A stretch of DNA of 64,000 bases from an uncultured Bacteroidota bacterium (GCA_963809695.1 CAWEKI010000009.1:762376-826375), one strand, 5' to 3'. Positions 1 to 10,879 are shown, numbered from the stretch's first letter. The notes: generated by a model not told the origin, from the sequence alone. Numbers and translations: made by a program.

Positions 1-376
1 TGCCTTTCTTCTCAACGTACTCGTAGGCCTTCATCATGTCCCGCGTCGGAATTCCTTCGGTGATGCAGACAATCACGGAGATGTCCGCTTCTCCCGCCTC
101 CAGGATCGCATCGGCCGCGAAGGCTGCGGGGACAAAGATCACGGAGGTGTTCGCACCGGTCTCCCTGACTGCTTCGGCAACGGTGTTGAACACCGGTATC
201 TCCCGGGCGAGAGGATCCCGGTCATTCCCCTTGTACATCGTCCCTCCCTTTCCGGGAGTGACTCCCGCCACCACGTTTGTCCCGTATTCTATCATTTGCC
301 TGGTGTGAAACGTCCCTTCAGCTCCGGTGATCCCCTGGACAACCAGACGCGTTTTTTTGTCAACGAGTATGCTCAT
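1..376 (-). CDS. sucD: succinyl-CoA ligase alpha subunit, N-terminal ~125 aa; gene runs off the window start
   Basis: Minus-strand translation from the ATG at 376..374 reads [25 protein letters not shown] and later [27 protein letters not shown]. These are the canonical SucD N-terminus and CoA-binding region. It is absent from the ORF track because the window edge truncates it. The plus-strand ORF 36..308 is its antisense shadow. Confidence 0.85.
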   Translation of the reverse strand, partial: MSILVDKKTRLVVQGITGAEGTFHTRQMIEYGTNVVAGVTPGKGGTMYKGNDRDPLAREIPVFNTVAEAVRETGANTSVIFVPAAFAADAILEAGEADISVIVCITEGIPTRDMMKAYEYVEKKG

Positions 377-1871
377 AGTCTGCGACTTTCAGGATTGTTT
401 GTTCGTCGAATTGTCTGCCTATGAACTGCACGCCAATCGGAAGCCCTGTGTTGTCTTCGCCGACCGGAACGCTGATCGCCGGCACTCCTGCGAGGTTCGC
501 GGAGACGGTATACACGTCCGAGAGATACATCTGTAGCGGATCGTCCACCTTCTCGCCGACCCGGAAGGCCGTCGTCGGAGACGTGGGCATCACGATGCAA
601 TCCACGGTCCGGAAGGCATCGAAAAAATCCTTCTGGATGAGGCGCCGCACTTTCTGCGCCTTGCGGTAGTATGCGTCATAGTAGCCGGCCGAGAGAACAT
701 AGGTGCCGAGCATGATGCGCCGTTTGGTCTCCTCGCCGAACCCTTCGCTGCGGGATTTCACATACGTCTCGACGAGATCCCGCGCCCCGGACGAGCGGTG
801 GCCGTAGCGGGCACCGTCATAGCGCGCAAGATTCGATGATGCTTCCGCGGTCATGAGAATATAATATGCAGAAATGGTATAACGGAAGTGAGGCATTGCG
901 ATCTCTTCGATGACCGCCCCGCCGGACCGAAGACGGTCCAGCACCTTCTCCACTGCCTGGCGCACTTCCGGCTGCACGCCTTCTTTGAGCACGTCGAACG
1001 GAACACCGACCTTCAACCCGGCAACGTTCTTGTCGAGCGCATCCAGGTATGGCGGCACCGGCACGCGGGCCGACGTGGAATCGTTCTCGTCATACCCGGC
1101 AATGATTTCCAGCACGCGCGCCGCATCGGCCACGGAGTTCGCAAAGGGCCCGATCTGATCGAAGGATGACGAAAGCGCCACCAGGCCGTAACGCGACACG
1201 CGCCCGTATGTGGGCTTGAGTCCCACGATACCGCAGAAGGCAGCCGGCTGCCGGATAGAGCCGCCGGTGTCGGTGCCAAGCGCGGTATGCGCCATCCGTG
1301 CCGCGACGGCCACGCAGGAACCGCCGCTGGATCCTCCGGGCACCCGGCTTTCGTCCACGGGGTTTTTCACGGGACCGAACGCCGAGTTCTCAGTGGAGGA
1401 TCCCATGGCAAACTCATCCATGTTGGTCTTGCCGATCAGGATGGCGTCCTCGGCAAGCAGGCGCCGGACCACGGTGGCATCGTAGAGCGACACGAAATTC
1501 TCGAGGATGCGCGAGCCGCAGGTAACGCGCTCTCCTTTCATGCAGATCACGTCCTTGACGGCGACGACCATGCCGGCAAGCCGGCCTGCTGTGCCCCTGA
1601 GGATCTTCTCGTCGACCTCCCGGGCATGCGTCACCGCCCGGTCATGAAACACAGAAAGGAAAGCATTGAGGTGCTTCCCTTTCTCAATCGCAGCCAGAAA
1701 CTCGCCGATGACGTCTTCACACGTCGTTCTTCGCTCGCGGAGCGCGGCGCGCGTGCTTTCAAATGTCGTCTGATGGTTCACGGGCAGTGGTCTATTGACT
1801 GTTGGCGAAGGAATGGATACGCGCGTCCGGCGACCGCTGTGAATCTGCCCGATGAACCCCAAGGCAAGCAA
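360..1871 (-). CDS. gatA: Glu-tRNA(Gln) amidotransferase subunit A (amidase family)
   Basis: 503-aa ORF with the amidase signature GGSSGGS...[44 protein letters not shown]. The true start may be the internal GTG near 1781, giving ~473 aa. The 3' end overlaps the sucD start by 17 nt. Confidence 0.9.
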   Translation of the reverse strand: MLALGFIGQIHSGRRTRVSIPSPTVNRPLPVNHQTTFESTRAALRERRTTCEDVIGEFLAAIEKGKHLNAFLSVFHDRAVTHAREVDEKILRGTAGRLAGMVVAVKDVICMKGERVTCGSRILENFVSLYDATVVRRLLAEDAILIGKTNMDEFAMGSSTENSAFGPVKNPVDESRVPGGSSGGSCVAVAARMAHTALGTDTGGSIRQPAAFCGIVGLKPTYGRVSRYGLVALSSSFDQIGPFANSVADAARVLEIIAGYDENDSTSARVPVPPYLDALDKNVAGLKVGVPFDVLKEGVQPEVRQAVEKVLDRLRSGGAVIEEIAMPHFRYTISAYYILMTAEASSNLARYDGARYGHRSSGARDLVETYVKSRSEGFGEETKRRIMLGTYVLSAGYYDAYYRKAQKVRRLIQKDFFDAFRTVDCIVMPTSPTTAFRVGEKVDDPLQMYLSDVYTVSANLAGVPAISVPVGEDNTGLPIGVQFIGRQFDEQTILKVADYEHTR

Positions 1872-1874
1872 TGG

Positions 1875-2081
1875 CTACAGCTTGGTGGAACTCTCGATAT
1901 CCTTGGTGATATCCTTGGTCGAATTCTCGATATCCCGCTGGACGCTGCTCATTGCATTCCGGAATTCCCGGATGCCTTTCCCGATGTTCTTGCCGAGCTC
2001 GGGCAATTTCTTCGGTCCAAAAAAGATGAACACCACAAAGAGGATGACCAGAATCTCGCTGCCGCCAATGTTCTCAAACAT
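1875..2081 (-). CDS. tatA: twin-arginine translocase TatA/E family protein
   Basis: 68 aa with an N-terminal TM helix followed by FGPKKLPELGKNIGKGIREFR, the TatA amphipathic-helix motif. Confidence 0.8.
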   Translation of the reverse strand: MFENIGGSEILVILFVVFIFFGPKKLPELGKNIGKGIREFRNAMSSVQRDIENSTKDITKDIESSTKL

Positions 2082-2089
2082 AGGCTACC

Positions 2090-2290
2090 CTATCCCTTCT
2101 TCTCTTCCACAGGCTTTTGTTCGATCTTTTTCGAATCCTCAGTGTCATCCTGGATCTCACGCGTGGCCTTGCGAAACTCCCGGATCCCTTTGCCCAGCCC
2201 CTGTGCAAGCTCGGGAATCTTCTTGGAACCGAAAAAGACCAACGCGACCAGCGCAATAAGTATGATTTCAGTGGTGCCGATGTTACCCAT
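2090..2290 (-). CDS. tatA: twin-arginine translocase TatA/E family protein (second tandem paralog)
   Basis: 66 aa reading MGNIGTTEIILIALVALVFFGSKKIPELAQGLGKGIREFRKAT. It is a paralog of the adjacent gene, 8 bp away. Confidence 0.8.
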   Translation of the reverse strand: MGNIGTTEIILIALVALVFFGSKKIPELAQGLGKGIREFRKATREIQDDTEDSKKIEQKPVEEKKG

Positions 2291-2295
2291 GACAG

Positions 2296-3069
2296 TTATC
2301 TCCTCCCGCTCTCCGCGGACGTTAGTGAGTGTGCAGAGAATTCGATTTCCCGGCCAGTGGAGCGGGATATGAATTCTTCGATCAGTGAAGTGAATATCTT
2401 TTGCCCGTCAGTGTGTCCCAGGACCGGGTCCGACGCCCGCTCGGGATGGGGCATCATGCCGAGCACGTTCCCTGCCTCGTTGATGATCCCCGCAATACTT
2501 CCGATGGAGCCGTTGGGATTCGCCTCAGCCGTCACGCTGCCGTCTGCCTGGCAGTAGCGGAACACAACCTGCCGCTGCTCTTCGAGTCTCTTCAGCGTCT
2601 CATTGTCGGTGAAGTAGTTCCCATCCCCGTGGGCGATGGGTATCGCCAGGACCTCTCCCTCATGGCAGCGCCGTGTGAATCGCGTGTCGGCATTTTCCAC
2701 TTTGATATGGACATACTTACAGATAAACCGGAGCGAAGCGTTGCGCAGCAGGACTCCCGGCAAGAGCCCGCTCTCCTGCAGAATCTGGAAGCCGTTGCAG
2801 ATCCCGATCACCGTGCCCCCTTCGTTCGCAAAGCGGACCACTTCTTTCATTACCGGGGAAAAGCGCGCGATGGCGCCGCATCGGAGATAGTCGCCGTAGG
2901 AGAACCCGCCCGGAAGGACAATGACATCCGCACCCTGCAGATCGGCTTCCTTGTGCCAGAGAAAGACGGCATCCTGTCCCAGTACTTTTTTGGCAGCATA
3001 GTAGGCATCATGGTCGCAATTTGCGCCCGGGAACACCACCACGCCGAATTTTACTTTCTCACCGGTCAT
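2296..3069 (-). CDS. purQ: phosphoribosylformylglycinamidine synthase I (glutaminase subunit)
   Basis: 257 aa with a class-I glutamine amidotransferase fold. Motifs: [32 protein letters not shown] and GICNGFQIL (the catalytic Cys). Confidence 0.9.
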   Translation of the reverse strand: MTGEKVKFGVVVFPGANCDHDAYYAAKKVLGQDAVFLWHKEADLQGADVIVLPGGFSYGDYLRCGAIARFSPVMKEVVRFANEGGTVIGICNGFQILQESGLLPGVLLRNASLRFICKYVHIKVENADTRFTRRCHEGEVLAIPIAHGDGNYFTDNETLKRLEEQRQVVFRYCQADGSVTAEANPNGSIGSIAGIINEAGNVLGMMPHPERASDPVLGHTDGQKIFTSLIEEFISRSTGREIEFSAHSLTSAESGRR

Positions 3070-3158
3070 TGTATAGTATTATTCCAGCTTACGTACCGCT
3101 TACCCGAACCTTTTTGTTGTCCTGAAATGCCAAAGAGCATTTCGGGGTTGCGCTTTGC

Positions 3159-3419
3159 TCAGGTTTTTTCCTGGAAAGGCGCAATCTCATATGCATAGTC
3201 CTCCATCACCGGATTCGCCAGCAGCTTCTTACACACTTCTTCCGTAGCTGCCCGGGCTTCCTCTTCCGATGGCCCTTCCACTTTCAGCTCCACATATTTC
3301 CCCATGCGCACATCCCGCACGGCGTTCACACCCAGGGAGGCGATGGCATGTCCCACGGCCTTCCCCTGGGGGTCCAGGATGGATGGCCGCAATGTGATCC
3401 TGATCTTTGAAAGGTACAT
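3159..3419 (-). CDS. purS: phosphoribosylformylglycinamidine synthase subunit PurS
   Basis: 86 aa reading ITLRPSILDPQGKAVGHAIASLGVNAVRDVRMGKYVELKV, typical of PurS. It sits adjacent to purQ. Confidence 0.85.
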   Translation of the reverse strand: MYLSKIRITLRPSILDPQGKAVGHAIASLGVNAVRDVRMGKYVELKVEGPSEEEARAATEEVCKKLLANPVMEDYAYEIAPFQEKT

Positions 3420-3455
3420 CTTGAACTCCTAAAAACTGTTCTTCATGTTCACGCC

Positions 3456-4226
3456 CTACGGTTCCACCTGCGTCGGTTCAATGACTTCGTCATCTTCGTA
3501 TTTCTCTTGCGGACGGTTCAAAATCCGCCTGCCTGTGGTGATGACATACCGTACCAACCCCAAGACTATGAACAAAAGAAGAAGCGGAAAAATTGCGCCG
3601 ACGCCTGTCACAAACACCACAATGACCGCAAGAATGGCAAAAACGAACTTCCAGGGCTCCTTTTTGAGCGCACGGCGCGAGATCTTTGGGAGCGTATCGT
3701 ATTTCACTTTGCTCACCATGAGCAAGCTCAACACGACCGACAGCCAGGGGAGAAAGAACGCCGCCCGGGAATCTAATCCCGTCGCCTCCGAGTAATAATT
3801 CAGCGTGAACGAGGCCACCGTAAGCGCGCTGGCAGGAATGGGAAGTCCGGAGAAATAGTCCTTGTTGAACCCCACAAGCTGGACGTTGAATCGCGCGAGC
3901 CGCAGGACGCCAAAGATCATCAGCAGCGAGCTCAGGAGGATCCCCATCCCTTCGAGCTGATAGAGCGACATGCGGTAGACAAGAAACGCGGGAGCGGCGC
4001 CGAACGAGATCGCGTCCGAGAGCGAATCGATCTCCACGCCGAATTCCGAGGACGACTTGGTGATCCTCGCCATCACGCCATCCAGGGAGTCGAACCCGGC
4101 AGCCAGCGCGATGAACCAGGATGCGGTAATATACTCCCCCCGGCTGGAGTGGATGATCGACATAAAACCGCAAAACATGTTAAGAACAGTGAACAGACTC
4201 GGAACGACGGCACGGGTAATTTTCAT
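3456..4226 (-). CDS. pssA: CDP-diacylglycerol--serine O-phosphatidyltransferase (CDP-alcohol phosphatidyltransferase family)
   Basis: 256-aa polytopic protein. The motif AAGFDSLDGVMARITKSSSEFGVEIDSLSDAISFGAAPA matches the D-G-x2-A-R-x8-G-x3-D-x3-D consensus. Confidence 0.8.
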   Translation of the reverse strand: MKITRAVVPSLFTVLNMFCGFMSIIHSSRGEYITASWFIALAAGFDSLDGVMARITKSSSEFGVEIDSLSDAISFGAAPAFLVYRMSLYQLEGMGILLSSLLMIFGVLRLARFNVQLVGFNKDYFSGLPIPASALTVASFTLNYYSEATGLDSRAAFFLPWLSVVLSLLMVSKVKYDTLPKISRRALKKEPWKFVFAILAVIVVFVTGVGAIFPLLLLFIVLGLVRYVITTGRRILNRPQEKYEDDEVIEPTQVEP

Positions 4227-4239
4227 GCATCAACCTAGT

Positions 4240-4932
4240 CTAATGTACGACAGCAAGCACAGTCTCGCCTGCAACCGTCCTGTCGCCCAGTGCCACACGC
4301 ACCTCCGCACCCAACGGAATGATCACGTCCACGCGCGATCCGAACCTTATCATTCCGAAGCGCTTTCCTGCCTCCGCTCGATCCCCCTCCTTTACATCCG
4401 CAACGATCCGTCGCGCCACATATCCCGCAATCTGCTTGAACAAGACGCCGACCCTTGCACCCCGGACGCCGATGTGGGTGCGCTCATTGCGGACAGACGA
4501 TTTTTCCTCGTACGCCACAAGGTATTCGCCGGGAAAGTGCCTGAAGTATTCCACCGTGCCGCTGATCGGCCAGCGGTTCACATGCACATTGAACGGGGAC
4601 ATGAATATACTGACCTGCGTCCCCTCGTTTTTGAGATATTCGTCATCCTGAACGGGTTTGATCAACACCACTTCGCCGTCAGCGGGCGAGATCACCAGGT
4701 CATCCCCCGGCGGTGTCGTGCGCTCCGGATCACGGAAAAAACTCAACGTGAAGACAACCGCGAGGGCCGCGACCGCTGTGATCCCGTACTTCAGCCAGGT
4801 CACATCAAGCAAAATCCAGGAAGCCGCACAGATTACGAGGGCAATCCCACAAACGACGGCTATGACGCCATACCCGTACTCGGTAACCAAAAGCGCCTTC
4901 CAGGATGGGCTTTGAGTGGATGAGCTTGACAA
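4240..4932 (-). CDS. psd: phosphatidylserine decarboxylase proenzyme (short type)
   Basis: 230 aa containing FFRDPER...ISPADG, MSPFNVHVNRWPISG and a C-terminal G-S self-cleavage region (RFGSRVDV). It lies downstream of pssA, matching the PS-to-PE pathway order. Confidence 0.8.
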   Translation of the reverse strand: MSSSSTQSPSWKALLVTEYGYGVIAVVCGIALVICAASWILLDVTWLKYGITAVAALAVVFTLSFFRDPERTTPPGDDLVISPADGEVVLIKPVQDDEYLKNEGTQVSIFMSPFNVHVNRWPISGTVEYFRHFPGEYLVAYEEKSSVRNERTHIGVRGARVGVLFKQIAGYVARRIVADVKEGDRAEAGKRFGMIRFGSRVDVIIPLGAEVRVALGDRTVAGETVLAVVH

Positions 4933-5210
4933 TACCTAAAGTACGAAAGGTGGGTTTGAAAGTCAATTTGCGCTCAGGAGCACGGGATTCCTTGATCTGC
5001 GCTGTAAACTCATACCCCCCCAGGGGAGGGACGGGCGAAAGTTGTGCAGGACGGGTCTCCTGAGCCGTGTGCATTGAGTCAACCACCGGCGCTTATCAAT
5101 CACGCCGGGGTCGCCACCCCGTCAAAAACGAAGCGGGGCAAGCCCATCGCCTGCCCCACCCAAGTGGAAGACATAGCTCCATCCGTAGCACCCGGCAACC
5201 CCCTCCAGTT

Positions 5211-6761
5211 CTATTTCACGTGAAACTCGATGCGCCGGTTTTTCGTCCGTCCCTCGGCGGTGACATTGGATGCAACCGGGAACCGGGAACCATACCCGAC
5301 GGCGGTCACCTGATTCGATGGAATCCCCCGCATCACCATCCAGCTCTTCACTGCCTCGGCGCGGTTCATTGACAACCTGTCGTTTGTTGAGACCTTTCCT
5401 GCGTTGTCGGTATGCCCGGCAATCTCCACGCGAAGACCGGGATTCAGCTGCAAAGCCAGTAAAGCCTTTTTAAGTGTCGGCTCGGACGACTTCGCGAGTT
5501 TCGCGCTGCCACTCGGGAAGGTCACCCCCTCCAGAATGATCGTCTTCCCCTTCTCGAGCTTCATGGGTACAGAAGGAGTATCGTCACTGGGATCCAGGGG
5601 GTTTGTCCCGCGCTTCACTTCATCTCCGTCATTTATTCCTCCCCCATCGGTGTCCGCCTTCAACGGGTCTGTGTGGGTGCGGCGCACTTCGTCACCATCC
5701 GACAAGCCGTCCTTGTCGGTGTCGGCAACACGCGGGTCGGTCTTGTAGACCATGACTTCATCATAGTCCGAGAGCCCATCCCCATCCGTGTCCACCTTGA
5801 GCGGATCAGTAGTGTACACCAGCACTTCGTCTCCATCGGACAACCCGTCACCGTCGGTATCCACTTTGAGCGGATCCGTTTTATACCTCAGCACCTCGTC
5901 TCCATCACTCAAGCCGTCGCCATCGGTATCCACCTTGAGGGGATTCGTTTTGTACTTCAATACTTCATCTCCGTCGCTCAAGCCATCGCCGTCCGTATCC
6001 GACCGGAGCGGATTTGTCCGATACCGTTTCACCTCTTCTCCATCCTTCAGCCCATCGTTGTCCGTGTCAGGTCGCTTGGGATCGGTCCCGTAGCGGCGCT
6101 CTTCTCCGTTGGTGAGTCCATCAATGTCGTCATCCTCGTCGTCCCCTCTGCCAAGGTAGAGCTGGATTCCCGCTTTGGCCGTAATCATCCCGTCGATCGA
6201 CGAATTCCTCCGGAAATCGATCCAGTCGCCGTACGATCGGGCTCCCACGTCAAGGACGACCGAGAAACTCTTCGAGGTAAAAAACTCAACCCCGACTCCC
6301 ACCGGAATCATCAGCGAAGTCCGGTATTTGTCATCGGGGAGATACGTTGTCCCTGACATGCGCTTGAAGCTGAGCCCCCCCACACCAGCATAGAGGTACG
6401 GATTGAAACTGCTTCCCGGCGACAGGTGAAGGAAACCCAGAATTGAGTAAGGGACTGCTTTCAGCTGCACAGCCCCAAGCTGGTATCCGTAGTCCAGATC
6501 CGTGAGAACCGGACTCTGGTTGGTCTTGAGTTGTTCATACCCGGCGCTGAGTCCAAGGGAAAAATACCTGTTCAAGCCGTACCCCAGGAGGAACTCTCCG
6601 CCGAAACTCATCTGAAGCTTGTTGAAATCGGAGATCCAGGTATTTGGACCGCCCCGGAGACCGATCATCCATTTTCCGTCCGTTTGCTGCGCATAGGCTC
6701 TGTCCTGCACTGCCAGTGCGAGCATCAGACTTACCGACAGGAACACACCTAGTCTTTTCAT
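5211..6761 (-). CDS. OmpA family outer-membrane protein with an N-terminal beta-barrel, about eight thrombospondin type-3 repeats and a C-terminal OmpA peptidoglycan-binding domain
   Basis: Signal peptide [25 protein letters not shown]. The repeats read [23 protein letters not shown] about 8 times. The C-terminus [30 protein letters not shown]...RRIEFHVK is the OmpA_C domain. Confidence 0.85.
   Translation of the reverse strand: MKRLGVFLSVSLMLALAVQDRAYAQQTDGKWMIGLRGGPNTWISDFNKLQMSFGGEFLLGYGLNRYFSLGLSAGYEQLKTNQSPVLTDLDYGYQLGAVQLKAVPYSILGFLHLSPGSSFNPYLYAGVGGLSFKRMSGTTYLPDDKYRTSLMIPVGVGVEFFTSKSFSVVLDVGARSYGDWIDFRRNSSIDGMITAKAGIQLYLGRGDDEDDDIDGLTNGEERRYGTDPKRPDTDNDGLKDGEEVKRYRTNPLRSDTDGDGLSDGDEVLKYKTNPLKVDTDGDGLSDGDEVLRYKTDPLKVDTDGDGLSDGDEVLVYTTDPLKVDTDGDGLSDYDEVMVYKTDPRVADTDKDGLSDGDEVRRTHTDPLKADTDGGGINDGDEVKRGTNPLDPSDDTPSVPMKLEKGKTIILEGVTFPSGSAKLAKSSEPTLKKALLALQLNPGLRVEIAGHTDNAGKVSTNDRLSMNRAEAVKSWMVMRGIPSNQVTAVGYGSRFPVASNVTAEGRTKNRRIEFHVK
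5590..6145. repeat. tandem 69-bp coding repeats (about 8 units) encoding the calcium-binding thrombospondin-3 repeats of the OmpA protein
   Basis: The near-identical peptide units [13 protein letters not shown]-x-x-YKT-[DN]-PLKV are encoded head to tail. Antisense shadow ORFs 5673..6356 and 5788..6093 show the same periodicity. Confidence 0.7.
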
Positions 6762-6917
6762 GGGAGACCTTCAGTTGATTTCATCGAACCCCGCACAAAG
6801 CTATTGGTTTTGATGTGCAAAATCAAGGGTGCGTTTGCGAAGGGAAAATAAAAATCCCACACCTCGCGGATGTGGGATTTGCCGAATTCCTGGTAGTGCA
6901 GTGTATCAGCGGGCGTA

Positions 6918-8030
6918 TTACTTCAAAAGGATCGTCTTCTTCACCTGAACCCTGTTGTCCGACTTGAGCACATAAAAGTATGTCCCACTTGACAAATTCG
7001 ATGGATTCCACACCACCGAGTGCTCTCCCGGCGTCACAACTTCATTGACGAGAGTCGCGACCTCTTCACCGAGCGTGTTGTAAATCGTCAGCGTCGTGTG
7101 CCCCTGCCTGGCCAGCGAGAACGAAATTATCGTGCTGGGGTTGAACGGATTCGGATAGCTCTGCTTCAGCGCAAATTCTTTCGCTCTCGGCGCCGGATCA
7201 ACCGCTGTAGCTGCGTCAGCAAGAGCATCAGAGAAGTGGTTCGTACCGTCGAGATCCACCTGGCGCAACCGGTAATACTTGCACGACGGCAGGGTGTTGT
7301 CGGTGAATGAATACGAATGCGTGTCTACGGTCGTGCCATAGCCCGGCTGGAAGGAATTGCTCACGTCGGCCCAGCTCTCCATGTCGTCGCTCTTCTGCAC
7401 GTAGAAGCCATAATTGTCGATTTCCGAAAGGGTGGTCCACGTCAGCTGAACCGACCCGGCCGCAGAAACGAGAGTAAACGAGGCAAGCGTGATGGGAAGC
7501 GGCCCCACGGAGATTCCTGTGTTGTCGATATAGACATCCTTGTTCGAGCTCACCACGAGATAGACGGTAAAAATGGAATTCCCAACATCGGCCGGAAGGG
7601 GTGCTGAGAATGATCTGAATGAACCATTGGTCAGATCGCTGCCGACGTCTTTGGACAAAATCAAAGTTGAGTTTGCGTAGACGTTCAATGTTCCCGACGT
7701 GTTTCCTGTGCGCGACGCACCAAATGTGAAGACCTCGCCACCGCTAAAGGTTCTCCCTCTGGCGTCAACTACTGCAAACAAGGTGTCAACACTGTTCCTG
7801 ATACCAGTCTCAACCCAGGCGCTGAGAACGTTCACAGCAAACTGTGCGGTGCCACTGGCAGAGTAAGTCCCCCAATGTCCGTCTCCACCTGCATATGTCC
7901 TCCCATCTGAAGTAGCGAAAGCGGAGGCGCCAGTCCAATTGTAGAAATACGGAAACGTGGAAATCGGTGTTTGAGCGTTGCCCACCGCGACCAGCATCAG
8001 CACTGCAAGAATCACTCCCAAGAACTTCAT
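6918..8030 (-). CDS. secreted protein with a T9SS (Por) C-terminal sorting domain
   Basis: Signal peptide MKFLGVILAVLMLVAVGNAQ. The C-terminus reads YPNPFNPSTIISFSL...LTIYNTLGEEVATLVNE...GTYFYVLKSDNRVQVKKTILLK, the T9SS CTD pattern. Confidence 0.75.
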   Translation of the reverse strand: MKFLGVILAVLMLVAVGNAQTPISTFPYFYNWTGASAFATSDGRTYAGGDGHWGTYSASGTAQFAVNVLSAWVETGIRNSVDTLFAVVDARGRTFSGGEVFTFGASRTGNTSGTLNVYANSTLILSKDVGSDLTNGSFRSFSAPLPADVGNSIFTVYLVVSSNKDVYIDNTGISVGPLPITLASFTLVSAAGSVQLTWTTLSEIDNYGFYVQKSDDMESWADVSNSFQPGYGTTVDTHSYSFTDNTLPSCKYYRLRQVDLDGTNHFSDALADAATAVDPAPRAKEFALKQSYPNPFNPSTIISFSLARQGHTTLTIYNTLGEEVATLVNEVVTPGEHSVVWNPSNLSSGTYFYVLKSDNRVQVKKTILLK

Positions 8031-8431
8031 GCGTTTATCTCCTGTATGGGGTCATGGTACTCAGCTTCAAAATTTGCAATATCCATGCCATTTTATCGTC
8101 TGGCTCGTGCGCTTCAATGCCTGCAACCGAGGCAAGAAAAGCAATATTCCTCCAGGGAGGATTCAACCAACACGATCCAATTCGATAATATCATTGGATT
8201 TCGGTTCAGTTGGCTAAAAGATGTTCGTTCAGTGAGGAATCCTGATCCTGTTGCTCAACATAGGTCCTGGCATGTCAGGACAACAAGTGCATTGGGAATG
8301 GATCCCGCGATAACGGGTATCGGGAAGAGTGTGGGGATTTGTTGGAGATCTTGAGGGACCGGCATACCCGCTCCGGAAGAATTCGGAGCGGGCGTGAGCA
8401 GCACAATCATCGGCCGGTTGACTGGAAGGAT

Positions 8432-8803
8432 CTACTTCGGCTTTGCGGTCAGCACTTTCACATCAGGCTTGCCGACAACTCCGGCTTTCTCCATTACTTC
8501 CTTCAGCTTGGGACTGGTCGTGAATGCCTCTGCAGCGGCAGCGCTCGGGAATTCTCCGATGACGCTGATCATGTTAGGATTGTTGACATCAGCATAGACG
8601 CCTGATACCTTGAACCCTGCGTTCTTGCGGTTCGATGCATCCGCATCGAACCCCTTGCGCCAGGAGCTGTAGTCCTTCACCTCGTGCGTGACGATGACGA
8701 AGACCTTTCCGTCATGGGCTGGCATCTTCATCGCCTCCTGAGCTGACACACCTACGGCGAGAAAGAGAGTCATTGCTACCACGAGAAACAGATATTTGGC
8801 CAA
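8432..8803 (-). CDS. small exported hypothetical protein (~120 aa)
   Basis: TTG start preceded by an AAAAGGAGG ribosome-binding site. Signal peptide MAKYLFLVVAMTLFLAVGVSAQ. No recognisable catalytic motif. Confidence 0.5.
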   Translation of the reverse strand: MAKYLFLVVAMTLFLAVGVSAQEAMKMPAHDGKVFVIVTHEVKDYSSWRKGFDADASNRKNAGFKVSGVYADVNNPNMISVIGEFPSAAAAEAFTTSPKLKEVMEKAGVVGKPDVKVLTAKPK

Positions 8804-8989
8804 ATTGGCCTCCTTTTATGATGTGTTTGGGTTGGTGGTGAACTCAGGACTCCTAACCTGGTAGAGGGCAATATAGTTCCTTTGGCTTGTTGAGTGCCGG
8901 CGACTCTTGTCGCCGGACGAGACCCCGATGCTCTTTATCGGGCAGCTACTGGGTAGGCCGCAGTTCGCGGCCGTGACTAACGAGCCTGC

Positions 8990-9376
8990 TCATTGGCCTT
9001 GAGGCGGCTGCCATAGCTCGACCTTGTTTCCCTCTGGATCAATGACCCAGGCAAACTTCCCGTACTCGGATTCGTCAATCTTCTCGAGCACATTGCAGCC
9101 TTCTTCCTTCAAGGCCTTGACCAAGGCGTGGAGGTCTTCCACTCGGTAGTTGACCATGAAGGGAGCAGAGCTCGGAGCAAAGTGATTACTTTCTTGCGGA
9201 TCGATGAACCAGGCAGTTGTGCCTGCAACCGGCTTGCCCTCGGCGTCGGTCCAATCGAAGGCAGCTCCGCCCCAGTCTTGGACATCGATTCCCAGGTGCC
9301 GCTTGTACCAAGCCTGCAGTGATGGAGCGTCTTTGGCCTTGAAGAAGATGCCGCCGATGCCAGTGACTCGCTTCAT
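8990..9376 (-). CDS. VOC family protein (glyoxalase / bleomycin-resistance fold)
   Basis: 128 aa reading GIGGIFFKAKDAPSLQAWYKRHLGI ... FAWVIDPEGNKVELWQP, the typical paired beta-alpha-beta-beta-beta VOC module. Confidence 0.75.
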   Translation of the reverse strand: MKRVTGIGGIFFKAKDAPSLQAWYKRHLGIDVQDWGGAAFDWTDAEGKPVAGTTAWFIDPQESNHFAPSSAPFMVNYRVEDLHALVKALKEEGCNVLEKIDESEYGKFAWVIDPEGNKVELWQPPQGQ

Positions 9377-9707
9377 GTGACCTCCTATGTGGGGTGGTGG
9401 TGAGAGGAATGTTTCTTCTGCGGCCTAACTATTATGTATATGGTTTCCAGATAGAACCGCTCTCTGGGTTGATTAATTGAGCGAATACAACTTAACCGGC
9501 AAACCGAGCCCGAACTACGCCTATAAAAATGAATGAGCGGCGTGGTTGCGGGTGTTATGCGCTCGTGCCCCGCCGCCGAAGTGGGTTGCCCCGACGAAGA
9601 GCTAAACGCCGCACCGGGAGCAATACTGATAATCGCCGTTGGCGTCCACAAAACAACTATCAAGTGAGATATCGTCGAACACGCTAAGTCTGGCATGGCG
9701 TTTCACC

Positions 9708-10265
9708 TCACGTATGCTTTCTGTAGTGAAGGGCAACGACGCCGGAGTGAAGGGTTTTCGAACCAATGAAGTCTAGCAGAAGCCTCGCCTGCGGCTTCAC
9801 CGTTTCGAATAACCGCGGTCCTTTTCCCGCAACAACCGGGTGAACCACGAAACGATACTCGTCAATCAAACCGCGGTCCGAAAGCTGGGACGCAATGCTC
9901 AAGCTGCCTACGCAAATGTCTTTTCCAGGCTGCTGCTTCAACGCGAGGACCTCTTCCGCAAGGTTTGAGCGCACGATCCTCGTGTTGTTTCCCCCAACGT
10001 GTTTCAATGTCGTGGAGAATACGACCTTGTCGAGCGAGTCGAACACGCGAGCGAACTCATTGGTTGCTTCTGTCTCAGATTGGTTCCTGGCGACATCGGG
10101 CCAATAGGGCACCATGAGTTGATACGTGATCCGGCCGTAGAGGAGGAGACTCGCATCGCGAAGGAGCCTGGTGAAGTACTCGTGCAACTCCTCGTCGGCA
10201 ATCATGTCCGTGTGGTTGCAGTACCCGTCAGTGGTAATATTGATCGCAAAAACAACCTTTCTCAT
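9708..10265 (-). CDS. dihydrofolate reductase family protein (RibD C-terminal domain-like)
   Basis: [12 protein letters not shown] ... [12 protein letters not shown] ... [33 protein letters not shown] matches the RibD_C/YwjB family. The ORF extends to 10277; the MRKV start at 10265 is more likely. Confidence 0.75.
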   Translation of the reverse strand: MRKVVFAINITTDGYCNHTDMIADEELHEYFTRLLRDASLLLYGRITYQLMVPYWPDVARNQSETEATNEFARVFDSLDKVVFSTTLKHVGGNNTRIVRSNLAEEVLALKQQPGKDICVGSLSIASQLSDRGLIDEYRFVVHPVVAGKGPRLFETVKPQARLLLDFIGSKTLHSGVVALHYRKHT

Positions 10266-10658
10266 AGATCTCCTCATATGACGTTAAATGAAAAGGTCAA
10301 GCACCGCTCGATCGAATTTCCAAGTACCGAGTACGGCGGCGGGGCATGGCGCATAACGTCCCGCGGCCACAGGCAAGGGCGTGCCACGTATTTCACGATG
10401 AACGCGTTCTGTTCTTATCAATGACACGTACCGACTAAAAGCAAGCGGCACGCTATTGGGCGAACTCACTATGTCATGAACGACTGGGTCTTCTCTTGCC
10501 TCATCAAATGCGGGAGCGTCCGTCCTCCCCCCTGAGGTGGGAGGACGGGTCGTGTGCCCGCCCGTTACCTGCCGTGTCGCGCGCGGCGGCTGATGATGAA
10601 TGGACAATGTCCCCGGAAATCGCTATGTTTCAAGAAAAGCGCAGAAGGAACTACTGTC

Positions 10659-10874
10659 ATGGCCTCCACCGTCGCTCACATGAGCAAGAGAGAACTGACC
10701 GAAATTATCTCGGATACGGTCGAACGGAAACTGCTCGAGATCTTAGGGGACCCAGATGAAGGGCTCACCTTGAAAAAGACCCTCCGCCGTCGGCTCCTTC
10801 GGCAGAAGAAGGCGGTCGCACGCGGAGAGCGGGGAACGGACTTGGCCTCGGTCCGTAGACAATTTTCCCTCTGA
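10659..10874 (+). CDS. putative type II antitoxin (partner of the downstream RelE/ParE toxin)
   Basis: 71-aa ORF MASTVAHMSKRELTEIISDTVERKLLEILGDPDEGLTLKK... ending 5 bp before the toxin start. The assignment rests on size, charge and position rather than on a recognised family motif. Confidence 0.45.
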   Translation: MASTVAHMSKRELTEIISDTVERKLLEILGDPDEGLTLKKTLRRRLLRQKKAVARGERGTDLASVRRQFSL

Positions 10875-10879
10875 GAGAC

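Noticed and set aside
36-308. Plus-strand 90-aa ORF at the window start.
   Set aside because: It is the antisense shadow of the clearly recognisable sucD N-terminus on the minus strand.
1287-2372. 361-aa plus-strand ORF.
   Set aside because: Antisense to gatA and both tatA genes. Its composition is Arg/Gly/His-rich, typical of GC-rich shadow frames. No motifs.
2401-3198. 265-aa plus-strand ORF.
   Set aside because: Fully antisense to purQ, which has unambiguous amidotransferase motifs.
5673-6356. 227-aa plus-strand ORF with internal periodicity.
   Set aside because: Its periodicity simply mirrors the thrombospondin-3 repeat DNA of the OmpA gene on the other strand.
8804-8990. GC-rich structured leader upstream of the exported-protein gene, considered as a possible riboswitch.
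   Set aside because: It has two hairpins but no recognisable riboswitch consensus by eye. An Rfam scan would be needed.
9377-9707. 330-bp intergenic stretch with ORF 9385..9696.
   Set aside because: The ORF is low-complexity (Ser/His/Pro-rich), lacks a ribosome-binding site and has no motifs. It is treated as intergenic, though a possible sRNA is not excluded.
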